A DNA stretch of 64,000 bases. Origin: Escherichia virus KFS-EC. The notes beneath the pieces were generated by a model. The model had not been told where the DNA came from and searched no databases. It saw only the letters and a program-made list of their open reading frames with translations. The position numbers and the translations under genes are program-made. The stretch is taken from the sequence record MH560358. One strand, written 5' to 3'. Of this stretch, positions 38,041 to 46,977 are shown piece by piece; the first letter of the stretch is position 1, and each line of letters opens with the position of its first letter.

Positions 38041-38327
38041 TAGAAACCCTTACGTCGTGCTTTCTGGCATTTCTTGATCATTTTATCAGAAATTTCGCGC
38101 TTAGGTGCAATCTCTTTCACACCGAAAGCACTAATGCCAAATTCAGAGAGAATATATTCAACCAACAATTCACGCACACGCGATTTACCGATATTCACGC
38201 CGTTATTTTTCAGATATGTCTGGCCTTCGACTTGCATCAGATCTAAATCTGCGTCGGTAATATTGATTTCTTCCATGCGCCCAAATCGAGAATAAACCAT
38301 GTGTGCGATTGCATTGTGTACTAACAT
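38040..38327 (-). CDS. hypothetical protein (95 aa) translationally coupled to the P-loop NTPase
   Basis: stop overlaps ATG of 36571-38040 (TAATG); internal ATG with GAGGAA SD; track start TTG. Confidence 0.5.
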   Translation of the reverse strand: MLVHNAIAHMVYSRFGRMEEINITDADLDLMQVEGQTYLKNNGVNIGKSRVRELLVEYILSEFGISAFGVKEIAPKREISDKMIKKCQKARRKGF

Positions 38328-38348
38328 AATATATTCCTCACTCAAGAA

Positions 38349-38507
38349 TTACTTAATGATACTTACTTTACCAGATCCATGACAATGAGCGCAACACCCA
38401 TCACCACGCAATCCTGTTCCGTTACAGTGTTTACACTTCTTCAACGGTAAAGTCATTATAGCAAATAAAGCAATAATGAACACCGAAACTAAATTCTCAA
38501 TAATCAT
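38349..38507 (-). CDS. 52-aa membrane-anchored zinc-ribbon mini-protein
   Basis: hand-translated MIIENLVSVFIIALFAIMTLPLKKCKHCNGTGLRGDGCCAHCHGSGKVSIIK; GAGGG SD; overlaps nrdH stop by 11 nt. Confidence 0.45.
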   Translation of the reverse strand: MIIENLVSVFIIALFAIMTLPLKKCKHCNGTGLRGDGCCAHCHGSGKVSIIK

Positions 38508-38766
38508 AAATCGCCCTCAGTTCTTTATAGCCTCCAATGTGCTCGTTGTCAATGAATATCTGGGGGTATACAAACCGGAGGCTCTTTGAGTTTAGCCTCC
38601 CCGCCAGTTCTTCAATCATATCACGGTCGGGAATAATGTCAACCCCGACCTGCTTGAATACTGGTTTAAGTGTATACGGAATACCCAGATCATCCAGTAG
38701 CTTCATTGCACTAATACAACCATAACAATGATAAGCCTCTTTCGGTATACCGTATATCTCGATCAT
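38497..38766 (-). CDS. nrdH: glutaredoxin-like protein (NrdH position)
   Basis: redox motif CYGC in thioredoxin-fold context (IEIYG...CYGC...P.IFID...IGGY..L). Confidence 0.7.
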   Translation of the reverse strand: MIEIYGIPKEAYHCYGCISAMKLLDDLGIPYTLKPVFKQVGVDIIPDRDMIEELAGRLNSKSLRFVYPQIFIDNEHIGGYKELRAIYDY

Positions 38767-39239
38767 TTCTCAGCCTTTAATCTTTCTAGTTCTTCTTCCA
38801 GTTCCTTGATCCGTTGGTCACGTTCAAAGTCACGCTGCAACTTAATGGCGAATACTCGTTTAAACTGATTGTAATCATCGATTTTAAACACTTCTTCTTC
38901 GCCATAGCGACGCACAGAAACTTCGTAGTTATTGAAGAATTGTTGCATCATTGCTTCGGATGATAGCTCTGCTGATACCACTTTAAAATATTGATCTTCT
39001 GTAGGCGAAAACCAATTACAAGCATAAAGATAAACCTTTTCATTGTCTGGACACTGGTAAGCCTTACCATCGATTTCAATCACAGAAACATATTCAGGTA
39101 TACTAGATGAATCAATAGCTAAGACTTTAAACGCACGGTCCCCGATAAACTCGGAGATCACACGATTCGCATCACTGGTTGCAAATGCTTTACGCGCTTG
39201 TTCGTTTTTCCACTGATAGGTCATACCAACAACAAACAT
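38763..39239 (-). CDS. repeat-domain family protein (1 copy of W..GKTY.WKD-type domain + coiled coil)
   Basis: shares domain with 39241-40065, 40078-40542 and 44948-46126; internal ATG with GAGG SD. Confidence 0.55.
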   Translation of the reverse strand: MFVVGMTYQWKNEQARKAFATSDANRVISEFIGDRAFKVLAIDSSSIPEYVSVIEIDGKAYQCPDNEKVYLYACNWFSPTEDQYFKVVSAELSSEAMMQQFFNNYEVSVRRYGEEEVFKIDDYNQFKRVFAIKLQRDFERDQRIKELEEELERLKAEK

Positions 39240-39240
39240 A

Positions 39241-40065
39241 TTACCAACCTCGCTCTTTACCAATCAAAAATTCAACTTCACGACGTTTAATGTCTTCTTG
39301 AAGGTCTTTAATCTTCTGGCGATCTTGCATTATTTCGTCCATCTTGTCAAGTGCTGCGATGAAATCATCGAAACGTTCAAAGGTTTTACCTTCATTTGCT
39401 TCGCCAAATTTAACCATTGTCAGGCCGTAACGACTACTAAACAGACGTTTCAACTGTCCAACGATTTTAGAATCAGTGGTTATAACTTCCAATTCTTCTA
39501 CTTCACGAAAGAATTTTCTATCAGAATCAATAAACCAGCTAGTTCCTTTATGGTCTCTATCTTCGGTTGCGCTCATTAGAGTATGGTCTTTACCATCAAT
39601 TTCAATTACATCAATTTGCCCACATGGACTAACATTTTTAACAGTAAAAGGTCTATAATTTATTGCTCGTGCAATAACATAATTAAGGTTAGATACGTTT
39701 TCAGCATAATGGCAGAAGTCGGTCATAGCATTCGCATCTTTCCAAGTATAAGTTTTACCAACTTCCCATTTCTGGGGAACTTCTTCAACTTCACGAAAGA
39801 ATTTTCTATCGAATGGACTAAAGAAATATGTTGCAGTCCAAATGTCTTTTCCTGTAGCAGTTTTCGCCGTATGATAAACACCGTCTAGCTCTATTGCATT
39901 AATCCAACCGTTGCCATCAATCTCGATGATGGTAAATGGCTTGTCACCAATAGCTGCACTAATATCGCTGTTAAGTGGAGAAAGAACACCTTCTCCGTTA
40001 GTAATAAACTCAGTTTTAGCGTTTTCGTCTTTCCAGGTGTAAGTTTTACCAATTTCCCATTTCAT
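39241..40065 (-). CDS. repeat-domain family protein (2 tandem copies of W.GKTYTWKD domain)
   Basis: internal duplication MKWEIGKTYTWKDENA / QKWEVGKTYTWKDANA, each followed by VIEIDG and DRKFFREVEE. Confidence 0.6.
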   Translation of the reverse strand: MKWEIGKTYTWKDENAKTEFITNGEGVLSPLNSDISAAIGDKPFTIIEIDGNGWINAIELDGVYHTAKTATGKDIWTATYFFSPFDRKFFREVEEVPQKWEVGKTYTWKDANAMTDFCHYAENVSNLNYVIARAINYRPFTVKNVSPCGQIDVIEIDGKDHTLMSATEDRDHKGTSWFIDSDRKFFREVEELEVITTDSKIVGQLKRLFSSRYGLTMVKFGEANEGKTFERFDDFIAALDKMDEIMQDRQKIKDLQEDIKRREVEFLIGKERGW

Positions 40066-40077
40066 AATATATTCCCC

Positions 40078-40542
40078 TTAACCGATTTTATCAAGTTCGT
40101 TTAATGCTTTCTCTGCTTCCTGTATAGCTTGCACCCTTTCCGGCATTTTGTCAAGAAAATCTTTCAACTCTTCAAAACTGGAGATATGACGCAAGGCGTT
40201 AGCACCGATAGCCGCATGTGATTTGCATTCAAAGCGGATTTTATAATTATCCATCGCCAACTTGAGAAGATCAATTAATTTAGATTCTTCTGGAATAATA
40301 ATTTCTTCAAATCTGCTACGGTCATGATCCAGAAACCAACAAGATAGACCTACATCGGTTGAACTCATATAAGTTCCATCATGAAGATAAACAGACCGCA
40401 CGTATCCTTTTTTCGCATCAACCGACGCAACTTTAAACGGTAATCTCAGATATTTCAAATAATCAACATCATACCATTTAAAAAATTGGTTTGCATCTTT
40501 TACATCTTTCCACGCATAGGTCTTACCAGCTTCCCATTCCAT
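40078..40542 (-). CDS. repeat-domain family protein (1 copy)
   Basis: MEWEAGKTYAWKD motif; coiled-coil C-terminus; track start GTG. Confidence 0.55.
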   Translation of the reverse strand: MEWEAGKTYAWKDVKDANQFFKWYDVDYLKYLRLPFKVASVDAKKGYVRSVYLHDGTYMSSTDVGLSCWFLDHDRSRFEEIIIPEESKLIDLLKLAMDNYKIRFECKSHAAIGANALRHISSFEELKDFLDKMPERVQAIQEAEKALNELDKIG

Positions 40543-40552
40543 AATAATCACC

Positions 40553-41056
40553 TCAAATAATTTTCACTGGAATACTATTAACAATCTTGTATTGTACTTG
40601 ATTGTCAGACCCCCGCCACGGCTTCTTCGTTGGCATATCTTTAATATAACGCCCATCGATGAACACGTCAACTGATTCTACAATTTTTCTTTGCTCATCA
40701 TTCAATTGGTCAAGGGTATAACCAGACCATAGCCAAATATCTTTATTTGGCATCCATGATTTTACTTCATCGATGATCCGCTGTACACCCTTTAAATTGC
40801 GTTTATACAGTGGATCGCCACCTAAGAATGTTAGCCCCTGAATAAAATCAGGTCTAAGCAGATCCAGAATCAATCCCATTGTATCATCGGTGAATGGTTC
40901 CCCGTTCTTAGGATTGAGTAGGCTAGCATTAAAGCAACCATCACATGCGTGTGAACATCCGGTAACGTAAAGGGAGACTCTCACTCCCTCACCGTTAACC
41001 ATATCACAATCTTTAATATCGGCATAGCGTAGTTTGCCGTATGTATCAGAACTCAT
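40553..41056 (-). CDS. nrdG: anaerobic ribonucleotide reductase activating enzyme NrdG (radical SAM)
   Basis: CxxxCxxC radical-SAM cluster motif (GCSHACDGC), GGDPL, WRGSDNQ; adjacent to nrdD. Confidence 0.88.
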   Translation of the reverse strand: MSSDTYGKLRYADIKDCDMVNGEGVRVSLYVTGCSHACDGCFNASLLNPKNGEPFTDDTMGLILDLLRPDFIQGLTFLGGDPLYKRNLKGVQRIIDEVKSWMPNKDIWLWSGYTLDQLNDEQRKIVESVDVFIDGRYIKDMPTKKPWRGSDNQVQYKIVNSIPVKII

Positions 41057-41198
41057 ATTCAATTACCCCGAACTCGTTTACAATCTGCGCTTTATAGTAA
41101 CCACCGCGAGATGCCAATAGATAAGCTGGGCTTAGGTATTCGTATTCACGGATTTCTACTTGTGCGTTTTCAGTTTCCCAAATCAGTAAAGTCCACAT
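41046..41198 (-). CDS. small early protein (50 aa)
   Basis: ATG after AGGAGAATCAAAT leader downstream of promoter; track N-terminus is translated promoter. Confidence 0.45.
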   Translation of the reverse strand: MWTLLIWETENAQVEIREYEYLSPAYLLASRGGYYKAQIVNEFGVIEYEF

Positions 41199-41240
41199 AT
41201 TTGATTCTCCTGTAAAGTTGTATCTCGTCTTGATGTGTGT

Positions 41241-41270
41241 AGTATAGGGGATCTCGCGATCCCCGTCAAG
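41241..41270 (-). promoter_or_regulatory. early promoter with palindromic spacer GGGGATCTCGCGATCCCC
   Basis: -35 TTGACG at 41265-41270, -10 TATACT at 41241-41246; near-identical to copies at 2610-2638 and 50058-50086. Confidence 0.55.
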
Positions 41271-41273
41271 CAT

Positions 41274-41834
41274 TTATTTAAATTTTTCGAGAGATTTCAA
41301 CCACAGGCGGCCTGGTAGGTACTCTCCGGCAAACATGAAATTGTCATCTGGATAAGAACGCAGCATATTCAAAATAAACTTCCGGCACTCTTCGTAATCT
41401 TTACGTTTAAGATAAATCACATTCTCGCCAGTACCGATCACACCTTTGCTGTATCCATGCTCTTTACGCACAGACCATTGTACAGTATCCTTTTTAACCC
41501 GAATCACAACAGGTTCCCAATACCCAGCGCATCCGGCTACACCACACGAACAGGTGAGGAAGTATTGACCTTTTGCTTTGTTTTCCTCCCACCCGATATT
41601 AACCGGATGCCATTCGTGAAACAAGGCTAAAGCATCGTGTGTCTCTTCGATCTGTTTATTGTCAATTCTTACCGTAACCATCCATACAGGGATCTTATTT
41701 GTTGGTTCATCATCATAACATGAATCATCATAACATGAATCATCATCAATATGTTCTAATGTCATATCAACATTAATTGATTTTGCGTGTTCCAGGTGTC
41801 GTTGTGCTTTACGTTTACGGTTTAATGATTTCAT
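41274..41834 (-). CDS. hypothetical protein (186 aa), Cys-rich
   Basis: internal ATG with GAGGTGA SD; contains the 15-bp tandem repeat. Confidence 0.55.
   Translation of the reverse strand: MKSLNRKRKAQRHLEHAKSINVDMTLEHIDDDSCYDDSCYDDEPTNKIPVWMVTVRIDNKQIEETHDALALFHEWHPVNIGWEENKAKGQYFLTCSCGVAGCAGYWEPVVIRVKKDTVQWSVRKEHGYSKGVIGTGENVIYLKRKDYEECRKFILNMLRSYPDDNFMFAGEYLPGRLWLKSLEKFK
41711..41750 (-). repeat. 15-bp direct tandem repeat (catcataacatgaat x2 plus partial) inside a coding region
   Basis: encodes DDSCY-DDSCY-DD in ORF 41274-41834. Confidence 0.6.
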
Positions 41835-41851
41835 AGTCACCTCACATTATT

Positions 41852-42391
41852 TCAAAGATCGCGATATTGTACATTATGAAAATGAGAACTTGCATTACCA
41901 ATATTGTAGATAACAAATTCTTCATCCGGCGCTTGCGCTACAAATTGAGTATGAGCAACCGCTACGACTTTAAAAATACGATCCGTGATCTTGTGCTTAA
42001 TTTCTGCCCCTACTTCCATAGGAACATATTCATTTGTTTCTGTTTCAGTCGCAAAACAGCCATCTTCTTCATAAGCACGAACAAATCGGTCGCAATCAGT
42101 ACGCTTAACAAATTCAAGAGTATATAATTCTCGTGAATTGTCGGTATAGACCAATACAGAATTATTATGATAGCGAATCACATACAGGTTATTATCATCG
42201 TCAATTACGCAAAAGCTACGGATTCCTTCGCCTTGACTCCAGCAGATATTAACCACCGTTCCTCTAATAAAAAAACTTTCCTTTAAATTAAAACTAGTCA
42301 ATGTGCTAGCGTGCATTTTAACAACAACACCATCACCAATTTCCAGTTTACGAAGTTTAACTTCTTTGCTCAGTACACAAAACATCATCAT
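41852..42391 (-). CDS. hypothetical protein (179 aa)
   Basis: ATG triplet with AGAGAGGA SD downstream of promoter at 42420-42448. Confidence 0.55.
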   Translation of the reverse strand: MMMFCVLSKEVKLRKLEIGDGVVVKMHASTLTSFNLKESFFIRGTVVNICWSQGEGIRSFCVIDDDNNLYVIRYHNNSVLVYTDNSRELYTLEFVKRTDCDRFVRAYEEDGCFATETETNEYVPMEVGAEIKHKITDRIFKVVAVAHTQFVAQAPDEEFVIYNIGNASSHFHNVQYRDL

Positions 42392-42419
42392 ATTGTCCTC
42401 TCTTTGTTTCGATGTGAGC

Positions 42420-42448
42420 ATTATACATGAGCTAATCATGTTGTCAAC
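42420..42448 (-). promoter_or_regulatory. early promoter (TTGACA-17-TATAAT)
   Basis: -35 at 42443-42448, -10 at 42420-42425; directly follows the nrdD terminator. Confidence 0.6.
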
Positions 42449-42463
42449 ACCCCAAAACGAAAA

Positions 42464-42485
42464 AGCCGACCCTTTCGGATCGGCT
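42464..42485 (-). terminator. rho-independent terminator after nrdD
   Basis: AGCCGAUCC-GAAA-GGGUCGGCU hairpin followed by U-run. Confidence 0.6.
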
Positions 42486-42490
42486 AAAAA

Positions 42491-44353
42491 TTACATGTGC
42501 TTAACGCGGTTTACCATCTCGGAGTGTTTCCCGTGGTTAAATGGACGCAGATCAACAGATCCAAGATATCCACTAACGCGACGGATAACATTCATCTTTT
42601 CCAGATTGTCATTTCCGCAATCAGGGCAAACAAAACCAGACTCGGTCGCTCTCATTTCCTTATTAGATCCGCATACATGACATACATCAGAAGGAGTATT
42701 AACACCGAAGTAGTGCAATTTATCCATTGCATAGTCTACTACAGTTTCAAGACCTTTCAGGTTGTTTTTCATGTCTGGGAACTCAACATAAGAGATCATG
42801 CCACCGGACGCCAGCCAGTGATAATCTTTCTCAAAGTCGATTTTCTCAAATGGAGTGACTTTCCGGTCTACGTCAAGGTGGAATGAGTTGGTGTACCAGT
42901 CTTTATCGGTAGCACCCTTAACAATACCAAATTGCTCTCTGTCCAGTCGATTAAATCGATAGCAAAGGCTCTCGGCTGGCGTACCGTAAAGACTAAACCC
43001 AAGTCCGGTTTCATCCTTCCATTTTTCAGTATAATGACGCAAGATCTTAAGAATATGTTTACCGTATCGCTGCGCATCTTCCGAATCAAACGGATGAACA
43101 CCAAACAGGACGCTCAATACCTCATGTAAACCAATATATCCAATAGAGATACTAGCGCGACCATCTTTCAACACTTCCAAAATTTCATCGTTTTGATGAA
43201 TACGGAAAAATGCACCTTCGGTATACAGTACAGGAGCAACATTGGCTTTAGCGCCTTTTAAAGCGTCTACGCGACTCATGAGCGCATCAAAACAAATAGG
43301 CATACGATTAGCTAGCTCTTGTTCGAATAGCTCAATTCTGCGCATTACAGACGCTTTACCAGCACGACGCGCGGCAATAAGAGCAATACGCGGAAGATTC
43401 AGAGTCACAACACCCAAGTTATTACGTCCGTCTAATACTTCTTCGCCTTTCTCATTATGCCACACACCCAGGAAGCTACGACAACCCATCGGGCTAACCG
43501 GAACACTAGATCCGGTGATACTACGGTTATTCTTCGCAGAGATATAATCAGGGTAAAGACGCTTACTAGAACATTCCAATGCAAGTTGCTTAATGTCGTA
43601 GTTCGGATCTTCCGGTTTAAGGTTTAATCCTTCTTCTAAGAACATCACCAGCTTAGGAAACACCGGAGTGATACCATCTTTACCTAAACCTTTAGTTCGA
43701 ACTTTCAGGATCGCTTTCTGAATCAGTTTTTCTTCCCAGCTAGTCCCCATACCAAATGTTAAAGTCACAAAAGGTGTTTGACCGTTGGTGGAGAACAAAG
43801 TGTTGATTTCATATTCCAACGCTTGATACCCGTCTAGCGTTTCTTTTTCTGTCTTCTCTTGTGCATAGAGAGTATCCGCTTTGATTCCGTAGGTTTCGGC
43901 ATCAGCAAGGTGTTTATGATATGTTTTCTCAACGTATGGCGCTAAAACCTGATCGATGTTTGCAATTGTGGTCCCGCCATATTGATGACTTGCCACCTGT
44001 GCGATAATTTGAGCGGTTACAGCACAAGCAACGCCGATTGATTTCGGACTTTCGATTTGTGCGCTACCCAATTTAAAACCATTCTCTAACATGTCTTTGA
44101 GATTAACAAGACAGCAGTTAGTAAACGGCATAGCGGGTGCATAATCCATATCATGATAATGAATGTCACCGTCTACATGCGCTTTATAGATGTGCTCAGG
44201 TAACACGGTTTTAGCAATCTGTTTAGACACAGCACCAGCAATCAGATCTCGACGTGTCGGGAATGTTCGCGCGTCTTTGTTCGCGTTCTCTTTGCTTACT
44301 TCGTTTTCTTTACCCGTTGCGATCTCTGTAATGTCTTTGATTAGTTTTTCCAT
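42491..44353 (-). CDS. nrdD: anaerobic ribonucleoside-triphosphate reductase NrdD (glycyl radical enzyme)
   Basis: collinear with T4 NrdD as recalled; C-terminal Zn ribbon and glycyl radical motif (CHVCG...CPDCG...IRRVSGYLG). Confidence 0.93.
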   Translation of the reverse strand: MEKLIKDITEIATGKENEVSKENANKDARTFPTRRDLIAGAVSKQIAKTVLPEHIYKAHVDGDIHYHDMDYAPAMPFTNCCLVNLKDMLENGFKLGSAQIESPKSIGVACAVTAQIIAQVASHQYGGTTIANIDQVLAPYVEKTYHKHLADAETYGIKADTLYAQEKTEKETLDGYQALEYEINTLFSTNGQTPFVTLTFGMGTSWEEKLIQKAILKVRTKGLGKDGITPVFPKLVMFLEEGLNLKPEDPNYDIKQLALECSSKRLYPDYISAKNNRSITGSSVPVSPMGCRSFLGVWHNEKGEEVLDGRNNLGVVTLNLPRIALIAARRAGKASVMRRIELFEQELANRMPICFDALMSRVDALKGAKANVAPVLYTEGAFFRIHQNDEILEVLKDGRASISIGYIGLHEVLSVLFGVHPFDSEDAQRYGKHILKILRHYTEKWKDETGLGFSLYGTPAESLCYRFNRLDREQFGIVKGATDKDWYTNSFHLDVDRKVTPFEKIDFEKDYHWLASGGMISYVEFPDMKNNLKGLETVVDYAMDKLHYFGVNTPSDVCHVCGSNKEMRATESGFVCPDCGNDNLEKMNVIRRVSGYLGSVDLRPFNHGKHSEMVNRVKHM

Positions 44354-44370
44354 TGTATCACCTATGAAAA

Positions 44371-44388
44371 AGCGGGATTTCTCCCGCT
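44371..44388 (-). terminator. rho-independent terminator
   Basis: AGCGGGA-loop-UCCCGCU stem followed by U5. Confidence 0.55.
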
Positions 44389-44397
44389 CGTTGATAG

Positions 44398-44892
44398 TTA
44401 TTTTACCAGTTCTGCTAATTCTTTTTCCGCCGCTTCCAGTTCAGCTTTCAGTTGTTTGATCTCTTGTCGCTTCTTATTAGCGGCTTCCTGCTTACTATTT
44501 CGGATAATCTGATCTAGATATGAATCCCACTCCTGAATATTTTTGATAATGTAACCGTCAACATTAATTGGTCGTAGATTCAGTACAGCTTCCAGTTTAG
44601 TCGCAAAAACTTTAATTGCTGGGGTGAAGTATTCATATTCGTTATCTTCAAACCAATAACCTAGACTTGCATTCTCAATACGAAGACGAAGTTTAAGATC
44701 AAGGTCTTTATCTTCGGTGTAAAGATCTTTCACCTGCCCCATCGAGCTAACAACAACTTTAAAACGAATTTTATCTACACCGCCAAAAACATCTTCAAGA
44801 ATATCAGCAATTGAGCTATTAGCGCAAGATTGGTCGCTGAATGCGTCAAGATTTTCTTTAGTTACAGTATACCAAATATCTTGTTTCCACAT
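44398..44892 (-). CDS. hypothetical protein (164 aa) with coiled-coil C-terminus
   Basis: ATG with GAGGA SD; C-terminal heptad-like KQLKAELEAAEKELAELVK. Confidence 0.55.
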   Translation of the reverse strand: MWKQDIWYTVTKENLDAFSDQSCANSSIADILEDVFGGVDKIRFKVVVSSMGQVKDLYTEDKDLDLKLRLRIENASLGYWFEDNEYEYFTPAIKVFATKLEAVLNLRPINVDGYIIKNIQEWDSYLDQIIRNSKQEAANKKRQEIKQLKAELEAAEKELAELVK

Positions 44893-44947
44893 AATATAAT
44901 CCTCTCGTTGTTAAGTTGGGAGTATTATAGCATACTCCCTTCGCATG

Positions 44948-46126
44948 TCAAGCACTAACTTTTTTCTTTACTGCTTTCACCTTCTGGCGAATTGCTCGAA
45001 TCTCTTCGATCTCTTTTTCAGTCTCTTTAACAATTTCTTTGCGATTCTGAATATCTGTATCTAGATTCTCATCGAGTTTAGGAAGCATGTCGATCAAGAA
45101 CTTTTTAAAGTCTTTCAGGTTTCGGATAACAGCACCTTCACCCATTACCGCAACACCCACACCATCCGGCAGATCACCAAACAGCTTAACCAGTTCAGAC
45201 AGATGATCATAGTCTTCTAATGCTTCCTCCGGTTCAGATGGCAGTTCAACAAAGTTATAACGTTCATCATTGCTGATCAAGTGATACCAGCAAAGCCCGA
45301 AAGATTTCGGTGTATATTCTACACCATCAATTTCAACCGCGTCAACACTTCCATAATCATCTACTTTAGTTACCTTAAATCCTTGTCCCAGCTTTTGAAC
45401 AATTTCAACAACATGACTTGATACAGTTTCAGCGGTAAACCAATATGGCAAATTATGCTGATTTGGCTTGTAGCGTTCACCTACTTTAAATCTCTGACCA
45501 TCCGCTTGCATAGCATGAAATTGTTGTTTCGTGATTTCCGCGAAGTATTCAAATTCGCTACCGTCAAACAAGCAATTCCATTGACCACAAAAACGGTCCG
45601 CCTTGACGGTTTCACCTTTCGCGGTGATCATGGTAGCTGATCCGTGCAATTCTTCTTCAACTAAAAAGCCATATTCGACAAAATCAACAAGTTTCATAGC
45701 TTCTTTGTGATCTGGATCATGCTCTCCCCAGAATCTCTTAAATTCTTGCAAACCTTCTGGTGTAAACGAATAACATTTACCTTTTTCAAAGTAAGTCGGC
45801 ATTGCATCCTCTTTCTTGTTCATCGCTTCGTATGCCTCTTTTGATATACGTTTAAAGTATTTGCGCTCATTGTGCATAATCATAGTAGACCAATAATAAA
45901 CGATATCCTCAGCGGAATAAACTACATCTCCAGCTTCAATAGTAATAACATGACCGTGGTCATCTTTTTCTAATACTTTAAAGCCCTTTTCGACGATTTC
46001 AGCAACCCGAATATGACCACGGCGCGAAGCATCGGTCAGAATAATTGAATAGCGAGAAAAGTCTAGAAACTCATCTTTACCGCCTTCACGGAATGCATAG
46101 TAATGACCTTCAAAGAATTTAGCCAT
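44948..46126 (-). CDS. repeat-domain family protein (392 aa, three degenerate domain copies)
   Basis: contains GKCYSF, VGERYKP and EIDGVEYTP variants of the domain seen in 38763-40542; coiled-coil C-terminus. Confidence 0.6.
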   Translation of the reverse strand: MAKFFEGHYYAFREGGKDEFLDFSRYSIILTDASRRGHIRVAEIVEKGFKVLEKDDHGHVITIEAGDVVYSAEDIVYYWSTMIMHNERKYFKRISKEAYEAMNKKEDAMPTYFEKGKCYSFTPEGLQEFKRFWGEHDPDHKEAMKLVDFVEYGFLVEEELHGSATMITAKGETVKADRFCGQWNCLFDGSEFEYFAEITKQQFHAMQADGQRFKVGERYKPNQHNLPYWFTAETVSSHVVEIVQKLGQGFKVTKVDDYGSVDAVEIDGVEYTPKSFGLCWYHLISNDERYNFVELPSEPEEALEDYDHLSELVKLFGDLPDGVGVAVMGEGAVIRNLKDFKKFLIDMLPKLDENLDTDIQNRKEIVKETEKEIEEIRAIRQKVKAVKKKVSA

Positions 46127-46189
46127 AATAGAATCCTCTCGTTGTTTATATGGGAGTATCTTACTACTCCCATTTCATGCTGTCAACTA

Positions 46190-46663
46190 CTATCTTAATC
46201 TTTGTATAAATTGTTTCTTATACTTCTTCGTGATCTCTTCTCTTGTATCAGCGTCACAATAATCGAAACCTTCTGCGTCCATAATAGCAAGCATCTCCGC
46301 GCGTGTCAAGCGTGAAAATCGTTTTACTTTATCAACAGCATATTGAGGATGTAAATGATTGTCGGTGTAGTCTCCTTTGATGTAATTAACATAGTTTGTA
46401 GCCCAAACAACGAAATCAGCACCTAAAGCACCAACACCAAACCGTTTAAAGTCTCCGGTCAACGATCCTTCTAGGCGGTTGCAACACGAATGAAGCAATC
46501 CCCTTACGCGGCCTTGCCCTTTACCATCGAGATCGTGGTCGTGGTCAAGATGGTTTTTGCTCATATCCTCAAAAAGTGGCAATTGACAAAGGGGGCAAAT
46601 GCCCCCCTGTTTTTCGAATAGTTCTTGTTTGTACTCTTTAGCACTCTTAGCAGTCAGTAACAT
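46190..46663 (-). CDS. 49: endonuclease VII (Holliday junction resolvase) gp49
   Basis: matches T4 gp49 as recalled (C.LCQ, NHLDHDH.L.G...G.VRGLL...CN); start at ATG with GGAGGGTGA SD. Confidence 0.88.
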   Translation of the reverse strand: MLLTAKSAKEYKQELFEKQGGICPLCQLPLFEDMSKNHLDHDHDLDGKGQGRVRGLLHSCCNRLEGSLTGDFKRFGVGALGADFVVWATNYVNYIKGDYTDNHLHPQYAVDKVKRFSRLTRAEMLAIMDAEGFDYCDADTREEITKKYKKQFIQRLR

Positions 46664-46687
46664 AAATTCACCCTCCAAAGAAGGTAT

Positions 46688-46969
46688 TTAACCATTAATC
46701 TTGTTTTTGACTACAAAGGATCGGAACTCATCAAAACCACCGATATAATCACCATTATAGAAAATCTGCGGCATGGTGGCAATAACTTCTACCCCTGCGC
46801 GATCCTGAATATCGGCAATGATATAATCAATCTTTACCGGACGACCGTTTTCGTCCACACCATCATTAACCGGAATGTAGATGTAAGGGATCTTACGCGC
46901 TTCACAAAGGCGCTTTGCATTCTGGCAATACTTACAGTTGTAACCTTCAAAACCAAAAATTTCTACCAT
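46688..46969 (-). CDS. nrdC: thioredoxin-like NrdC
   Basis: CKYC redox motif, resembles T4 NrdC as recalled (YG...CKYC.NAKRL...MPQIF...IGGFD); internal ATG with GAGGT SD. Confidence 0.8.
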   Translation of the reverse strand: MVEIFGFEGYNCKYCQNAKRLCEARKIPYIYIPVNDGVDENGRPVKIDYIIADIQDRAGVEVIATMPQIFYNGDYIGGFDEFRSFVVKNKING

Positions 46970-46977
46970 GTTATACC

